Of a stretch of DNA of 64,000 bases, positions 10,177 through 20,773 are shown in pieces (the stretch's first letter is position 1; each line of letters begins with the position of its first letter). This stretch comes from a virus: IMG/VR virus record IMGVR_UViG_3300025617_000007, positions 74,594 to 138,593 of that record. One strand, given 5' to 3'. The notes below the pieces were generated by a model that worked only from the letters and a program-made list of their open reading frames with translations, did no database searches and was not told where the DNA came from. The translations under genes and the position numbers were made by a program.

Positions 10177-12258
10177 TTAATTTGATTCATTAATTATATT
10201 AAAGTTAGGGTCGCAATCAGATTCAGTAATGTTAAATCCAAAATCACAAGTGATTTCATTAGTTACAAAATCAAAATCACATGCAGGTTTTGCCACTTCA
10301 AAATTAAAGAAACATCCTAACAAACAAGGGTAACAATTTGAACACCAAAAATCGTATAGGTCAAACTTATCTTTTAATTGTCTAAAATTATGTTGTAATT
10401 GAGGAGTACCTAATGGTTCGGTATACATTCTAAATTGTGATATACCACCCATAAATGTTCCTCCAAAATTAGGTTCTAATAATATGTCCGTAGTTAACCC
10501 AGAAAGTGAAGTCCCTGATAATGTTTCATTTGACATAGATTCCGGGTCCTGAATGTATAATCCGTCAGTTGATGTACATCCACTAAACATTAAACTTTCT
10601 CTAAGACCTTGTGTACCTCCACCCCAACTAATGTTAAATGGTACACCTAATTGTTTTTCTTTTTGAGTATTTAATTCACGAGGTATAATCTCTTCAAAAT
10701 CTTCAATTACCATAAAAAGATATCCGTTAACATATAACTTCAATAGTCCCTTTCGTTTATCTTTTTCTCTTAACCATTTTCTATTAAGTTCGGTTATGTT
10801 TGTTAATTTTTCTTTAGTCGAACCGGGATGTGTTTGTGGAGGTACAATAAGATTTGGTGATGCACCGTTAATTGATGATGGGTATAGTAACTCTCGTATA
10901 TCTCCTAAACCTCCCCAATTAATTAAATCACAATCCTCTAAACTTTCATATCTCTCAAATACTGTGGATATCATAACCCATCTTTCTTCAGTATTTGCGG
11001 TGTAACAAATTAAACTTTCATAGTCACAACTATCATATATCCCTTTAACGGAACATATTTCGTTAACACAATATCCTGATGAATATGTTGTACCTGTAAC
11101 GTCACAATTTACTTCAGTGACACAGTCACCAGTTAATTTTATATATTTAACACATAGTTTAGGATTCTTAGGGTCACCATCTAACCTAATTGACATCGCA
11201 TTAGAAAATACATCTTTACCTGGGTCGACAGGTGGATTTACAACCTCAGAATCATACCCACAATTAATTCCTATATTATGCTGAACAGTTGTTGCTGTTG
11301 TGGGGAAAACATTAAAACAATCTGAATTGGTTACTCCTGTATTGGAACATGCACAAGTTTTAATACAAGTTGTTAAACCTGACGTTACCCTTTTATAATT
11401 CCACTCACTAACACTACCAACAATATCAACATCAAAATTACATTTAAACGTCTCTATTGATTGGACATCTCCTGATGCTGGATGGTAATATTTATTTTCT
11501 GCCCTTGTACCGAAGAAAAAGAATGTACCGGAGTTTTCAGGATAAACATCATTTAAGTAAACTTCAGAAGGTTGTATTTCAAACTCTTCTCTTTGTCTAG
11601 GTTTTATTAATGTTTCCATTGTCCAACCCTTATTTACTCTTTCAGGAAATACTTCGTAATCGTACCCATATAACTTATAAAACCCTTGATAAAATCCACC
11701 ATATAATTCATTATAATAACCTTTATATTGGTCATCTTTAGAAACTATATTATACACCGTTTTAGTGTTTCCTGAAAATCTATGATTTGGCCAATTTGCA
11801 TATGAGGTGACAGGATGTAATTTTAACCTTCTATCGTAATAATAGGGATTAAACTTTTCAAAATCATTTATACCCATAGTAAAAGTTAATGATTGTCCCG
11901 ACATTTTATCATATAATCCATTATCTGTACCTGTTAACCCTATATCACATAAAGTAGTTGCGGTTTCACAATTTAAATCTTCATTGTTCGGATTATAGTA
12001 ATTTTTTGATATTAGAGTGTTACCTGAATAATTTACGTTCCATAATAATCTTAGTTTTTGATTAGATAATGATGAATTTAAATCGATACTAACAGGTAAT
12101 CGATTACCGTCATTTTCGGCAATAATATTATTTGAGAAAACGACTTCTTCATCGTAATCTTTTTCATCAGACGCTAATGTAAGGTCAAAATTACTACTAT
12201 AATCTAACCTAATGTCGTACCTATTGAAATAATAATTATTGATATTCTGACTTGGCAT
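10177..12258 (-). CDS. Cys-rich virion protein with LamG/ConA-like domain
   Basis: GWTMETLIKPR, LKLYVNG, NISWGGG, FMGGISQFRMYTEPL resemble LamG strands; C-terminal 11-aa CDFxF repeats. Confidence 0.6.
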   Translation of the reverse strand: MPSQNINNYYFNRYDIRLDYSSNFDLTLASDEKDYDEEVVFSNNIIAENDGNRLPVSIDLNSSLSNQKLRLLWNVNYSGNTLISKNYYNPNNEDLNCETATTLCDIGLTGTDNGLYDKMSGQSLTFTMGINDFEKFNPYYYDRRLKLHPVTSYANWPNHRFSGNTKTVYNIVSKDDQYKGYYNELYGGFYQGFYKLYGYDYEVFPERVNKGWTMETLIKPRQREEFEIQPSEVYLNDVYPENSGTFFFFGTRAENKYYHPASGDVQSIETFKCNFDVDIVGSVSEWNYKRVTSGLTTCIKTCACSNTGVTNSDCFNVFPTTATTVQHNIGINCGYDSEVVNPPVDPGKDVFSNAMSIRLDGDPKNPKLCVKYIKLTGDCVTEVNCDVTGTTYSSGYCVNEICSVKGIYDSCDYESLICYTANTEERWVMISTVFERYESLEDCDLINWGGLGDIRELLYPSSINGASPNLIVPPQTHPGSTKEKLTNITELNRKWLREKDKRKGLLKLYVNGYLFMVIEDFEEIIPRELNTQKEKQLGVPFNISWGGGTQGLRESLMFSGCTSTDGLYIQDPESMSNETLSGTSLSGLTTDILLEPNFGGTFMGGISQFRMYTEPLGTPQLQHNFRQLKDKFDLYDFWCSNCYPCLLGCFFNFEVAKPACDFDFVTNEITCDFGFNITESDCDPNFNIINESN

Positions 12259-12313
12259 ATTGGTTTTTATAGATAAATACTTTGTTTGTAGTATTTATAG
12301 TAAAAAACAAACT

Positions 12314-13054
12314 ATGAAGTCATATCTTTATAAAACAGAAGAAGGTGCGAAGAATGCCTCCAAAGAGTTAGGATGTAAAGGTTTTCACAAACACAAAAGA
12401 AAAACTTTTATGCCTTGCTCAACACATAAGGAGTTTTTAGATAAAAGTAAATCTCAAAAACCCGAAGGTGAAATAGATGAATTAATTGATTATGATGGTA
12501 CAATGTTAAATTCAAAAGTACCTATTCTCGACCCTCACGTAACTGCTAAAGGTGATGATACTATGGATAAAACGGTTGCAATGGCTCGTATCACCCAAGA
12601 CCCACTAACTAGAGGTTATAGAGTGTACTATGGAGAATCAGTAGTAAGAGAAGAAGATATGGAAGACGCTTTTGGTTTTGAGGAAACTAAGTTTATGGAT
12701 GCCGAAGAAACTGTAGATTACTTCATGAGTGAATTAGGTTTTGACGAAATTGATGCTGAAGGTAGGGCAGAGGAAATGGGAAAAGACCCTAAATTAGATG
12801 ATAGCTCTCAATATAAAAGTAAGAAAAACTTTGTAATGAAAGGTCGTTTAACGGAAAAAGGTAAAGTATTAAGTAAAGAAGAAATATTAAAAATGGGTGA
12901 AGACTCTTTAGTTGGTAAAACAGATAGTAGAGATATTAAAATGACAAAAGAAATTTCACCAATACTTAAAAGAAATATTAAAGCACTTAAGAAATTGGCA
13001 GTTATGGACGGAGTATCTACCAACGAATTAATTAAGATGTTAAAAAATGAATAA
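12314..13054 (+). CDS. Hypothetical late protein
   Basis: Start chosen at MKSYLYK, 14 nt after TATTTATA (12292-12299); contains a GCKGFHKH...MPCSTH module. Confidence 0.65.
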   Translation: MKSYLYKTEEGAKNASKELGCKGFHKHKRKTFMPCSTHKEFLDKSKSQKPEGEIDELIDYDGTMLNSKVPILDPHVTAKGDDTMDKTVAMARITQDPLTRGYRVYYGESVVREEDMEDAFGFEETKFMDAEETVDYFMSELGFDEIDAEGRAEEMGKDPKLDDSSQYKSKKNFVMKGRLTEKGKVLSKEEILKMGEDSLVGKTDSRDIKMTKEISPILKRNIKALKKLAVMDGVSTNELIKMLKNE

Positions 13055-13511
13055 AGATTTATACGATAAAAAAGTTAAGTTACCTGACTCATTAAAAAGT
13101 CATCTTTCAAAAAGTTTTGAAATGGTTGAGGCTGATAGTAACACTGAAGGGTTCAATAGAAATAAAGAACTTAGAGATAGTGGTATTATGACTTACCAAC
13201 AACTTAAAAGAGTAAAAAACTGGTTTGATGGTTATGATGGGGATAAAAAAGACGCCCCTTTTATATTAAATGGTGGCGAAAGAATGCAAAAATGGTGTAG
13301 TCACGTATTGGACCATTGGAGGAATACCATTGAGAGTGGTAAAAAAGCCAAATCTGAAACGGGTATGGAAAATGAATATATTCAAAATCATACTAAAGAT
13401 GGAATAGTTGTTAACCCTAATGATAAACACGAAAAAGGTATTAACAAATACGACACTGCAGTGACGGAACAAATTAAACAAATAAACTCAATAATGAAAA
13501 CATTATTATAA
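13047..13511 (+). CDS. Hypothetical protein (RxKxWFD...GG...W module)
   Basis: Overlapping start/stop with neighbours; module shared with the C-terminus of 33657-34205. Confidence 0.65.
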   Translation: MNKDLYDKKVKLPDSLKSHLSKSFEMVEADSNTEGFNRNKELRDSGIMTYQQLKRVKNWFDGYDGDKKDAPFILNGGERMQKWCSHVLDHWRNTIESGKKAKSETGMENEYIQNHTKDGIVVNPNDKHEKGINKYDTAVTEQIKQINSIMKTLL

Positions 13512-13804
13512 TGGCAAAACAAAACGATAAAATACAATTTGACCAGCCAGACAATAGTTTGTCTGCAATTGCTGAAGCGGAAAGAAGTAAACTATTTCCG
13601 AAAAATGATTTTTCACCTAAAAGTGATGCGTACTCACCACAACACCCTGATGCTATGGCTGATGGAGATGGGATAGGTAGAGGTACTGCTAAGTTCTTAG
13701 ATGTGTACAACGAAAACGCTGGTACATCGACAGATATTCAAGAAAGAATAGGTGATATTAAGATTAATAAATTTAATTCAAGTAAGACATACCCTAACTT
13801 TTAA
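13511..13804 (+). CDS. Hypothetical protein
   Basis: 97-aa ORF, translationally coupled within the operon. Confidence 0.6.
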   Translation: MAKQNDKIQFDQPDNSLSAIAEAERSKLFPKNDFSPKSDAYSPQHPDAMADGDGIGRGTAKFLDVYNENAGTSTDIQERIGDIKINKFNSSKTYPNF

Positions 13805-14190
13805 TGAAACTTTTAGAAACATTTCGAGGACTTATTAATGAGGTTGCGTCCCTTAACGATATACAAAAATCGATTAAGGACAGAAATGTTACGACTATAT
13901 ATTACGATGGTGACAATCCTGGAGGTACAGGTATTAGAGAAATTGAACCTGTTTGTGTTGGTTACAGTAAAGCAGGTAATTTAGTATTAAGAGCGTGGGA
14001 CCTCGAAGGTGCGTCCCACACTGCCACAATCGGAGAAAAACCCTTACCGGGTTGGAGACTTTTCCGTGTAGACAAAATCTTTACTTATAAACCAACTATG
14101 GATACATTTAATGAACCTAGACCTGGTTATAACCCTAATGGTGATAAAAGTATGTCTAGCGTAATTTTAAACGCAAAATTTAACACATAA
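13804..14190 (+). CDS. WYL-domain-like protein
   Basis: TIYY...REIEPVCVGY...VLRAW...WRLFRVDKI. Confidence 0.7.
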   Translation: MKLLETFRGLINEVASLNDIQKSIKDRNVTTIYYDGDNPGGTGIREIEPVCVGYSKAGNLVLRAWDLEGASHTATIGEKPLPGWRLFRVDKIFTYKPTMDTFNEPRPGYNPNGDKSMSSVILNAKFNT

Positions 14191-14194
14191 GATA

Positions 14195-14788
14195 ATGAGT
14201 AATTTAATGGAAAAATTAGCCATATCTAAAAAGATAATGGACAAACATAACGAAGTTCCAAGAAGTGGGATGTCAGGTGATTTACCTATGAATGATAACG
14301 TAAATGCAACATATAATATCCCTGATAGTGTTATGGAGCAGACTCAACAACCTATTAAACAACCTATTAATAATACAGTCCAAATGAATCAACCGGTAAG
14401 TGAAGATGCAATTAAAAATTCTAAACTACCTGATGAGATTAAAAAATTAATGATGGAAAATCCTATCTCCCAACCACAAATGGGTGGACCTGTATTATCT
14501 GATGAACTTATAGAGGGAGCAACTAGATTAATGGGAACATCTAAAAATCCTATTAATGAAACACAAAGACCTAATCATACTACTCAAACTAATACGAGCA
14601 ATTCTGATTTAAAACAAATGATTAGGGATGTTGTGAGAGACACGGTAAGAGATGTGATTAAAGAAGAATTACAAAGTGCAGGTTTAATATCTGAATCATC
14701 ACAAAAAACAAACGAAACATTATCACTTAGAGTAGGTAAACACGTATTTGAAGGAAAAGTTTTAAAGATTAAAAAAGTAAAACAGTAA
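14195..14788 (+). CDS. Hypothetical protein
   Basis: 197-aa ORF in the operon. Confidence 0.6.
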   Translation: MSNLMEKLAISKKIMDKHNEVPRSGMSGDLPMNDNVNATYNIPDSVMEQTQQPIKQPINNTVQMNQPVSEDAIKNSKLPDEIKKLMMENPISQPQMGGPVLSDELIEGATRLMGTSKNPINETQRPNHTTQTNTSNSDLKQMIRDVVRDTVRDVIKEELQSAGLISESSQKTNETLSLRVGKHVFEGKVLKIKKVKQ

Positions 14789-14845
14789 TAGACCTTTTCT
14801 TATCCTATTTTTTTACTTATACTTTGTCTAAAACTTATTAAGTAT

Positions 14846-16051
14846 ATGGCAAAGATTAAAATATTAGTATTACCCTCAGACAGGACTGGGGTTGGTAAGT
14901 TTCGTTCCGTTGAACCACATATCTTCTTACAAAACAAATATCCTGAAGACTTTCATGTAGATATAGACTACGAACCAAAAATTGATGACGATAATTATTG
15001 GAAGAATTACGACATCGTTCATTTCCACAGAACAATAACAAAAGATTATGATAGTACTCCCGCACTTTTAGAGAAACTAAATAAATGGGGAATTACTACT
15101 ATTGGTGATATTGATGATTATTGGTTACCTTCTCGTGAACATCCTGCACATGCAATGATAATGAATAGTAAACTTCATTTAAAGATTGTTAAAAATTTAA
15201 AATCCGCACAATACGTTACTACCACAACCCCATTGTTTGCTCAGGAAATCAAAAAAATTAATAAAAATGTAATTGTATTACCAAATGCGATTAACCCTAA
15301 TGAACCTCAATTTCAAGAAAAAACAAAACCTTCAGATAAGTTACGATTCGGATGGTTAGGTGGTTCATCACACTTACATGATTTAAAATTATTGGGTGGT
15401 ACTTTTGGACTTCTTTCATCATTAAAAGACCAATACGACTTATATCTATGTGGGTTTGACACTAGAGGTACTGTTACCGAAATAGATAATAGAACAGGTC
15501 AACAAAGACAAAGACCTATTAAACCTGAGGAAACTGTATGGGCACAATACGAACAAATATTTACAAGTAATTATAAGTTAATTGATGAAGACTACAAAAA
15601 GTTTCTTTTAAATTATACACAGGGACAATACCCTAATGAGAAATTTTATCATAGAGTTTGGACCGCACCTGTAACTTCATATGCTAAGAATTATTCTAAG
15701 TTTGATGTATCGTTAGCACCAATCAAGAACCACTTATTCAATAGAATGAAATCACAACTTAAAGTGATTGAGGCAGGTTTTTATAAAAAAGCAATTATAG
15801 CTTCAAATGTCGGACCTTACACGATAGATTTGACACATTCATTGAAAAATGGTAACTTTGTTGATGGAAATGCTTTATTGGTAAACGAAACAAGAAATCA
15901 CGGAGATTGGTCTAAGTTTATGAAAAAACTCATAAACAACCCTTCATGGGCTGAAGATTTGGGTGAAAGATTATATGAGACCGTTAAAGATACTTATGAC
16001 TTAAATAACGTAACCGATACAAGAGCACAATTTTATAAATCCTTAATATAA
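14846..16051 (+). CDS. Glycosyltransferase (GT-B, GT4-like)
   Basis: DIDDYW, FGWLGGSSH, DVSLAPI...KSQLKVIEAG...IIASNVGPY. Confidence 0.85.
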   Translation: MAKIKILVLPSDRTGVGKFRSVEPHIFLQNKYPEDFHVDIDYEPKIDDDNYWKNYDIVHFHRTITKDYDSTPALLEKLNKWGITTIGDIDDYWLPSREHPAHAMIMNSKLHLKIVKNLKSAQYVTTTTPLFAQEIKKINKNVIVLPNAINPNEPQFQEKTKPSDKLRFGWLGGSSHLHDLKLLGGTFGLLSSLKDQYDLYLCGFDTRGTVTEIDNRTGQQRQRPIKPEETVWAQYEQIFTSNYKLIDEDYKKFLLNYTQGQYPNEKFYHRVWTAPVTSYAKNYSKFDVSLAPIKNHLFNRMKSQLKVIEAGFYKKAIIASNVGPYTIDLTHSLKNGNFVDGNALLVNETRNHGDWSKFMKKLINNPSWAEDLGERLYETVKDTYDLNNVTDTRAQFYKSLI

Positions 16052-16056
16052 TATAT

Positions 16057-16758
16057 ATGATTAATTTACCTTTAAATAAACTTTTATTTTTCGATTTAGA
16101 AACTGTTGGTATTGAGAAAGATTTACCAACATTAAAAAAGAATAGACCAGAATTAGCAAGACTTTTTGATAGTTATGTGGATTGGTTTAAGAAAAAATAC
16201 CCTGACCAAATTGATAATACACCTGAGGAAATTTTTATTAATAAAGCGGCTTTAGTTGCTGAGTTCTCTAAAATTATTGTCGCTTCATTCTCATTTATAA
16301 CCCCAAAGAACGAGATTCATACTCAAACAATTGCTGAGGATGATGAAAAAGAGCTATTGATACAGGTTAGAGAATTATTAGATAAGGTAGATAAGTTCGA
16401 TTTTTACCTATGTGGTCACAATATCAAATTTTTTGATATACCCACATTAGGTAAGAGATTTTTAACTAATAATATTTTACCTCCAAAAATATTACCAAAT
16501 TACGATACTAAACCATGGGAAATCAAAGCGGTAGATACCAAAGAAGTGTGGCAATTTGGTAATAACTTTGGTATATCATCATTAGATTTAATGTGTGTAT
16601 CAATGGGTGTTGATAGTCCTAAAACAGGTGAAGTGTCGGGTAACTTAGTTCATGATACGTATTGGAACGCAAACGGGTTATCACCAATTGCAGATTACTG
16701 TGAGAAAGACGTTACAGTTTTAATTGAATTAATGAGAAAAATTTATAATTTAAAATAG
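16057..16758 (+). CDS. DEDD 3'-5' exonuclease, PolB-exo-like
   Basis: FFDLETV, GHNIKFFDIP, YCEKDV. Confidence 0.85.
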   Translation: MINLPLNKLLFFDLETVGIEKDLPTLKKNRPELARLFDSYVDWFKKKYPDQIDNTPEEIFINKAALVAEFSKIIVASFSFITPKNEIHTQTIAEDDEKELLIQVRELLDKVDKFDFYLCGHNIKFFDIPTLGKRFLTNNILPPKILPNYDTKPWEIKAVDTKEVWQFGNNFGISSLDLMCVSMGVDSPKTGEVSGNLVHDTYWNANGLSPIADYCEKDVTVLIELMRKIYNLK

Positions 16759-16761
16759 AAT

Positions 16762-17361
16762 ATGTTTAATAAGATAAAAGATTTTAAGGATAGCATGTCC
16801 AAATTAGGTGAATTAAAAGAAAAATTAGGTTCAGTTGACATGACGGACCCTAAAACAATGATGGATTCTTTCGGTATTGATTATGAAGAGTTAGAAAAAA
16901 ACTTTGAAGAACAGTATTATAAGACTCCTGAGATTGAATATGTTTATAAATCGGTAAATCCTGAACCTAAGTACCACTACGGTAGTGATTCAGGATTTGA
17001 CTTAAGAGCTAACGAAAAAGTAACACTAAAACCATTAGAAAGGGCTTTAGTGTCAACAGGTTTACATATAAACGTACCTGCTAGACATGAAGTACAGGTA
17101 AGACCTAAGAGCGGATTGGCAATTAAGAAAGGTTTAACTGTCCTTAACACACCAGGTACTGTTGATGAAGGGTATACAGGTGAAATAAAAGTTATACTGA
17201 TTAATCTAAGTCAAGAAACTCAAGTAATTGAATTGGGTGACAAAATTGCACAAGCGGTTATCTGTCCTGTAGTTCAAGGAAGAGATGTTATCTTGAAAAG
17301 AGTATTAGAAATAAAAGAAAAAGATAGAAACGAAAATGGATTTGGTTCAACTGGAAACTAA
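16762..17361 (+). CDS. dut: Trimeric dUTPase with N-terminal extension
   Basis: SGFDL, RPKSGLA, GTVDEGYTGEI, RNENGFGSTG. Confidence 0.95.
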   Translation: MFNKIKDFKDSMSKLGELKEKLGSVDMTDPKTMMDSFGIDYEELEKNFEEQYYKTPEIEYVYKSVNPEPKYHYGSDSGFDLRANEKVTLKPLERALVSTGLHINVPARHEVQVRPKSGLAIKKGLTVLNTPGTVDEGYTGEIKVILINLSQETQVIELGDKIAQAVICPVVQGRDVILKRVLEIKEKDRNENGFGSTGN

Positions 17362-17740
17362 TACAAGTCCTGTATTAACAGACGAAAGAAAGAATTATTT
17401 GATTGACATTGATGGGACCATCACCGATGATGTACCCAACGAAGAACCTGAAAGAATGGTAACCTGTTTACCTTATAAAGGGTCCGTTGAGTTGATTAAT
17501 GATTGGTATAGTGAGGGTCACGTTATAACTTTTTTTACTTCAAGAACTGAAGAACATAGAAGAGTTACCGAAGAGTGGTTACAGAAACATGGATTCTTTT
17601 ACCATAATTTGTTAATGAACAAACCGAGAGGTGGAAATTATCATTGGATTGATAATCATATCGTAAGAGCAACACGATATAATGGTAAATGGACACCACT
17701 TACCGAAAAAGAAACTAAAATACAAGTATTTGACGATTAA
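17336..17740 (+). CDS. HAD-superfamily phosphatase
   Basis: LIDIDGTI, FFTSR, MNKPRGG...WIDN. Confidence 0.8.
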   Translation: MDLVQLETNTSPVLTDERKNYLIDIDGTITDDVPNEEPERMVTCLPYKGSVELINDWYSEGHVITFFTSRTEEHRRVTEEWLQKHGFFYHNLLMNKPRGGNYHWIDNHIVRATRYNGKWTPLTEKETKIQVFDD

Positions 17741-19923
17741 TGATAACAATAGGATATAGCACAAAGAAAATAGACTCTGAATTTAGAGAGTATATCGAGA
17801 AATCATGTGGATTAAAAAACGTTGAGGTAATCCCATTTGAAAACCCTGGCACTCATTCATTGACCGAAGCATATAATATCATTCTTGAGAAATCGAGCAA
17901 TGATATTGTTGTTTTATGTCATGATGACATCTACTTCGAGAAAAATAATTGGGGTAACAAAATATTAAAACATTTTAAAAGAAATCCTGAATACGGTATT
18001 ATTGGTGCTGCTGGTTCCAAATATATGCCGAGAACGGGGATGTGGTGGGAAGTTCAATCCGAAATGATTGGTATTGTTAATCACGAACACGAAGGTAAAA
18101 AATGGACATCAAAATATAGTGAATCCAAAGGAAATAAATTAGACGATACTGTAATTGTTGACGGTCTTTTTATGGTGGTTAATAAACCAAATCTAAAGGT
18201 AAATTTTAATGAAGATGTTAAAGGGTTTCACTTTTACGAAGTAGATTTTTGTTTTAGGAACTTTTTAGAAGGTGTTAGAGTAGGTGTTTTTTATGACGTT
18301 AGGATTACTCATAAATCTATCGGTATGACTAATGAACAGTGGGAGAAAAACCGGCAACAATTTGCTAAAACTTATAAAGATAATCTTCCTGTTTTATTAC
18401 CCACATCATTTACAAAAAAAGATGTTAAAAAGAATGAGCCATTAGTAACATTAGCAATGCCAATTTACAATTACGCAAAAAGATTAAACCCAACCCTACA
18501 TTCTGTTTTTAATCAAGATTACACCAATTTTGAAATTACATTGGTGAATGATGGTTCTGATGATGAATATTGCTTAATGAAGTTGGATTCTTTAAAAGAC
18601 CATGACTCAATTCGAGTTATACATAAAGAAAATACAGGAGTGTCTGATACTCGTAACCGAGCGGTTAAAGAGGGTAAAGGGGAATATATTTTACCTCTTG
18701 ATGCTGATGATATGATATTGCCAGGTTATCTTAAAACCGCAGTAAACATTATTAAGAACAATCCAAAGATTAGTCCCGTATATTGTGATACAATACACAT
18801 TGGTGAGATGCAAGGATTGGAAAAAAGACCTGAGTGGAGTAAAGACCAGCTTATGAGAGGTCCTTTCATCGTCAATAGTTCAATGTACTCTCGTGAATCA
18901 TATGAGTATGTGGGTGGGTACGATACCACACTTCAAGGTTGGGAGGACTATGATTTTTGGATTAGAATGTCAAAAGAAGGATATGAAGGTAAACATATAC
19001 CAAAAGGGTTATTTGTTTATTTCCATCATGAAAAAGATGGTTCAGTATCGACTAAAGCAAATGAAAATCAACAAAAACTATACTCTGCAATTATGAATAA
19101 AAACTTTAACACCAAAAATACTTATACTTTTAATAATAGAGTAATAACACCTGATAATACAATGAATTGGGGTGATTTAGTACCATTTAATATAATTGAT
19201 AATATATTTGAACATAATATTAAAAAAGAAGATGTTTTTAATGTTAAACAACCTAACGGTAACTATAACATATATTCAACTGGTAGTGTTATGTTATTCA
19301 CAAAACCAAACAGTATTGTTTGGGGGACAGGATGTATCGATAAGGGGATGATAGGTCAAAAACCGTCCAAAGTTTACGCAGTTAGAGGACCTTTAACTCG
19401 TGAAGAACTTATTAAAAAAGGTATTGAATGTCCTGAAGTATATGGTGACCCGGCATTATTATATCCTCGTTTCTATAATCCTAAAGTTGAGAAGAAATAT
19501 AAGTGGGGAATCATACCACACTATATAGAGTTTGAATCGTCAAGAGATAGGGAAGTCCTTAAAAACTTAGAAGAACAAGGAGTTAGAATCATTGATATCT
19601 GTTCAGGAGAAAAAGAGTTTATTAATGAGTTATTAGAAGTTGAAAATGTTCTATCATCTAGTCTACATGGATTAATAATGGCCGACGCGTACGGGATACC
19701 GAATGCGAGAGTTAACATATCAAATAAACTAATTGGTGGACATTTTAAATTTAAAGATTACTATTTATCTATTAATAGAAAAATAGATTTAGGTCTACAA
19801 TTAAGTAAACACACTAAAATTAAAGATATTGAAAAACTATATTTTAATACCTCAATTGACTTTGATGGTGATAAATTAATTAACTCGTCCCCTTGGACTC
19901 AAAAAAAAATAACTTATGTATAA
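17740..19923 (+). CDS. Tri-domain protein: GT2-like + GT2 + polysaccharide pyruvyltransferase
   Basis: LCHDD...VDGLF...FHFYEVDFC; VNDGSDD...LDADD...WEDYDFW; NWGDLV...AVRGPLT...GDPALL...SLHGLIMADAYGIP. Confidence 0.85.
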   Translation: MITIGYSTKKIDSEFREYIEKSCGLKNVEVIPFENPGTHSLTEAYNIILEKSSNDIVVLCHDDIYFEKNNWGNKILKHFKRNPEYGIIGAAGSKYMPRTGMWWEVQSEMIGIVNHEHEGKKWTSKYSESKGNKLDDTVIVDGLFMVVNKPNLKVNFNEDVKGFHFYEVDFCFRNFLEGVRVGVFYDVRITHKSIGMTNEQWEKNRQQFAKTYKDNLPVLLPTSFTKKDVKKNEPLVTLAMPIYNYAKRLNPTLHSVFNQDYTNFEITLVNDGSDDEYCLMKLDSLKDHDSIRVIHKENTGVSDTRNRAVKEGKGEYILPLDADDMILPGYLKTAVNIIKNNPKISPVYCDTIHIGEMQGLEKRPEWSKDQLMRGPFIVNSSMYSRESYEYVGGYDTTLQGWEDYDFWIRMSKEGYEGKHIPKGLFVYFHHEKDGSVSTKANENQQKLYSAIMNKNFNTKNTYTFNNRVITPDNTMNWGDLVPFNIIDNIFEHNIKKEDVFNVKQPNGNYNIYSTGSVMLFTKPNSIVWGTGCIDKGMIGQKPSKVYAVRGPLTREELIKKGIECPEVYGDPALLYPRFYNPKVEKKYKWGIIPHYIEFESSRDREVLKNLEEQGVRIIDICSGEKEFINELLEVENVLSSSLHGLIMADAYGIPNARVNISNKLIGGHFKFKDYYLSINRKIDLGLQLSKHTKIKDIEKLYFNTSIDFDGDKLINSSPWTQKKITYV

Positions 19924-20773
19924 TTTTAATTACCTCTTAAACAAGATAAAAAACTCTGAGTTCATTAAAGAACCTTTTGAACATTTGGATATTCGAAACT
20001 TTTTAAGTGACGAACACTTATCCATTTTAAAAAATAATAAACAAATACATTTTGAAGAGTGCTCTACTCAAGAGCAATTAAGGTCTAACCTAAACAGTAA
20101 TGGGTTTACTCCGACACCATTTCCTGGATGTACAACAAATGAAAACTTATATTTTTCACTACTTAAAGAAAATAAATTAAATCAAATACAAACTGAAGGG
20201 GATTCAGAAGGTGTCGGTATAGCATATGTTTTGAATAAGGTCAATGATGAATTTGTAAAATCTCTATTGAGATTTTTAAATGGTGAAGAGTTTCACAATA
20301 CACTTAAAGAAAAGTTTAATATCACCGAACAGACTAGGGTAACCACGAAAATTCAAAAATATTTAACAGGTTATGAAATATCTCCACATCCTGATATTCG
20401 ACAAAAATCTTTAACATATCTATTAAATATCAATAAAGACAATCATAGTGAAAATGACCAAATACATACCGATTTATTATCATTAAAAGAAGATTATAAA
20501 TTTATTTATGATTATTGGGAGAAAAACCCAAGAGAAAATCGTGCATGGGTATCATGGAAATGGTGTGATATAAAAAAGACTATGAGGGAAAATAATAGTA
20601 TTGTAATTTTCAAACCTTCTAACTATTCGTTACACGCTATCAAGTTAAACTATGACCATAAGAAATATCAGAGAACACAAATATATGGTAACCTTATGTT
20701 TACTAAACCAAAACAATATACACCACAAAAGATTGATAAATTTATTAAGATGATTAATGAAAGTAAAAAATAA
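19916..20773 (+). CDS. 2-oxoglutarate/Fe(II)-dependent oxygenase
   Basis: ISPHPD (HxD), distal SLHAIK, and RTQIYG. Confidence 0.75.
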   Translation: MYNFNYLLNKIKNSEFIKEPFEHLDIRNFLSDEHLSILKNNKQIHFEECSTQEQLRSNLNSNGFTPTPFPGCTTNENLYFSLLKENKLNQIQTEGDSEGVGIAYVLNKVNDEFVKSLLRFLNGEEFHNTLKEKFNITEQTRVTTKIQKYLTGYEISPHPDIRQKSLTYLLNINKDNHSENDQIHTDLLSLKEDYKFIYDYWEKNPRENRAWVSWKWCDIKKTMRENNSIVIFKPSNYSLHAIKLNYDHKKYQRTQIYGNLMFTKPKQYTPQKIDKFIKMINESKK

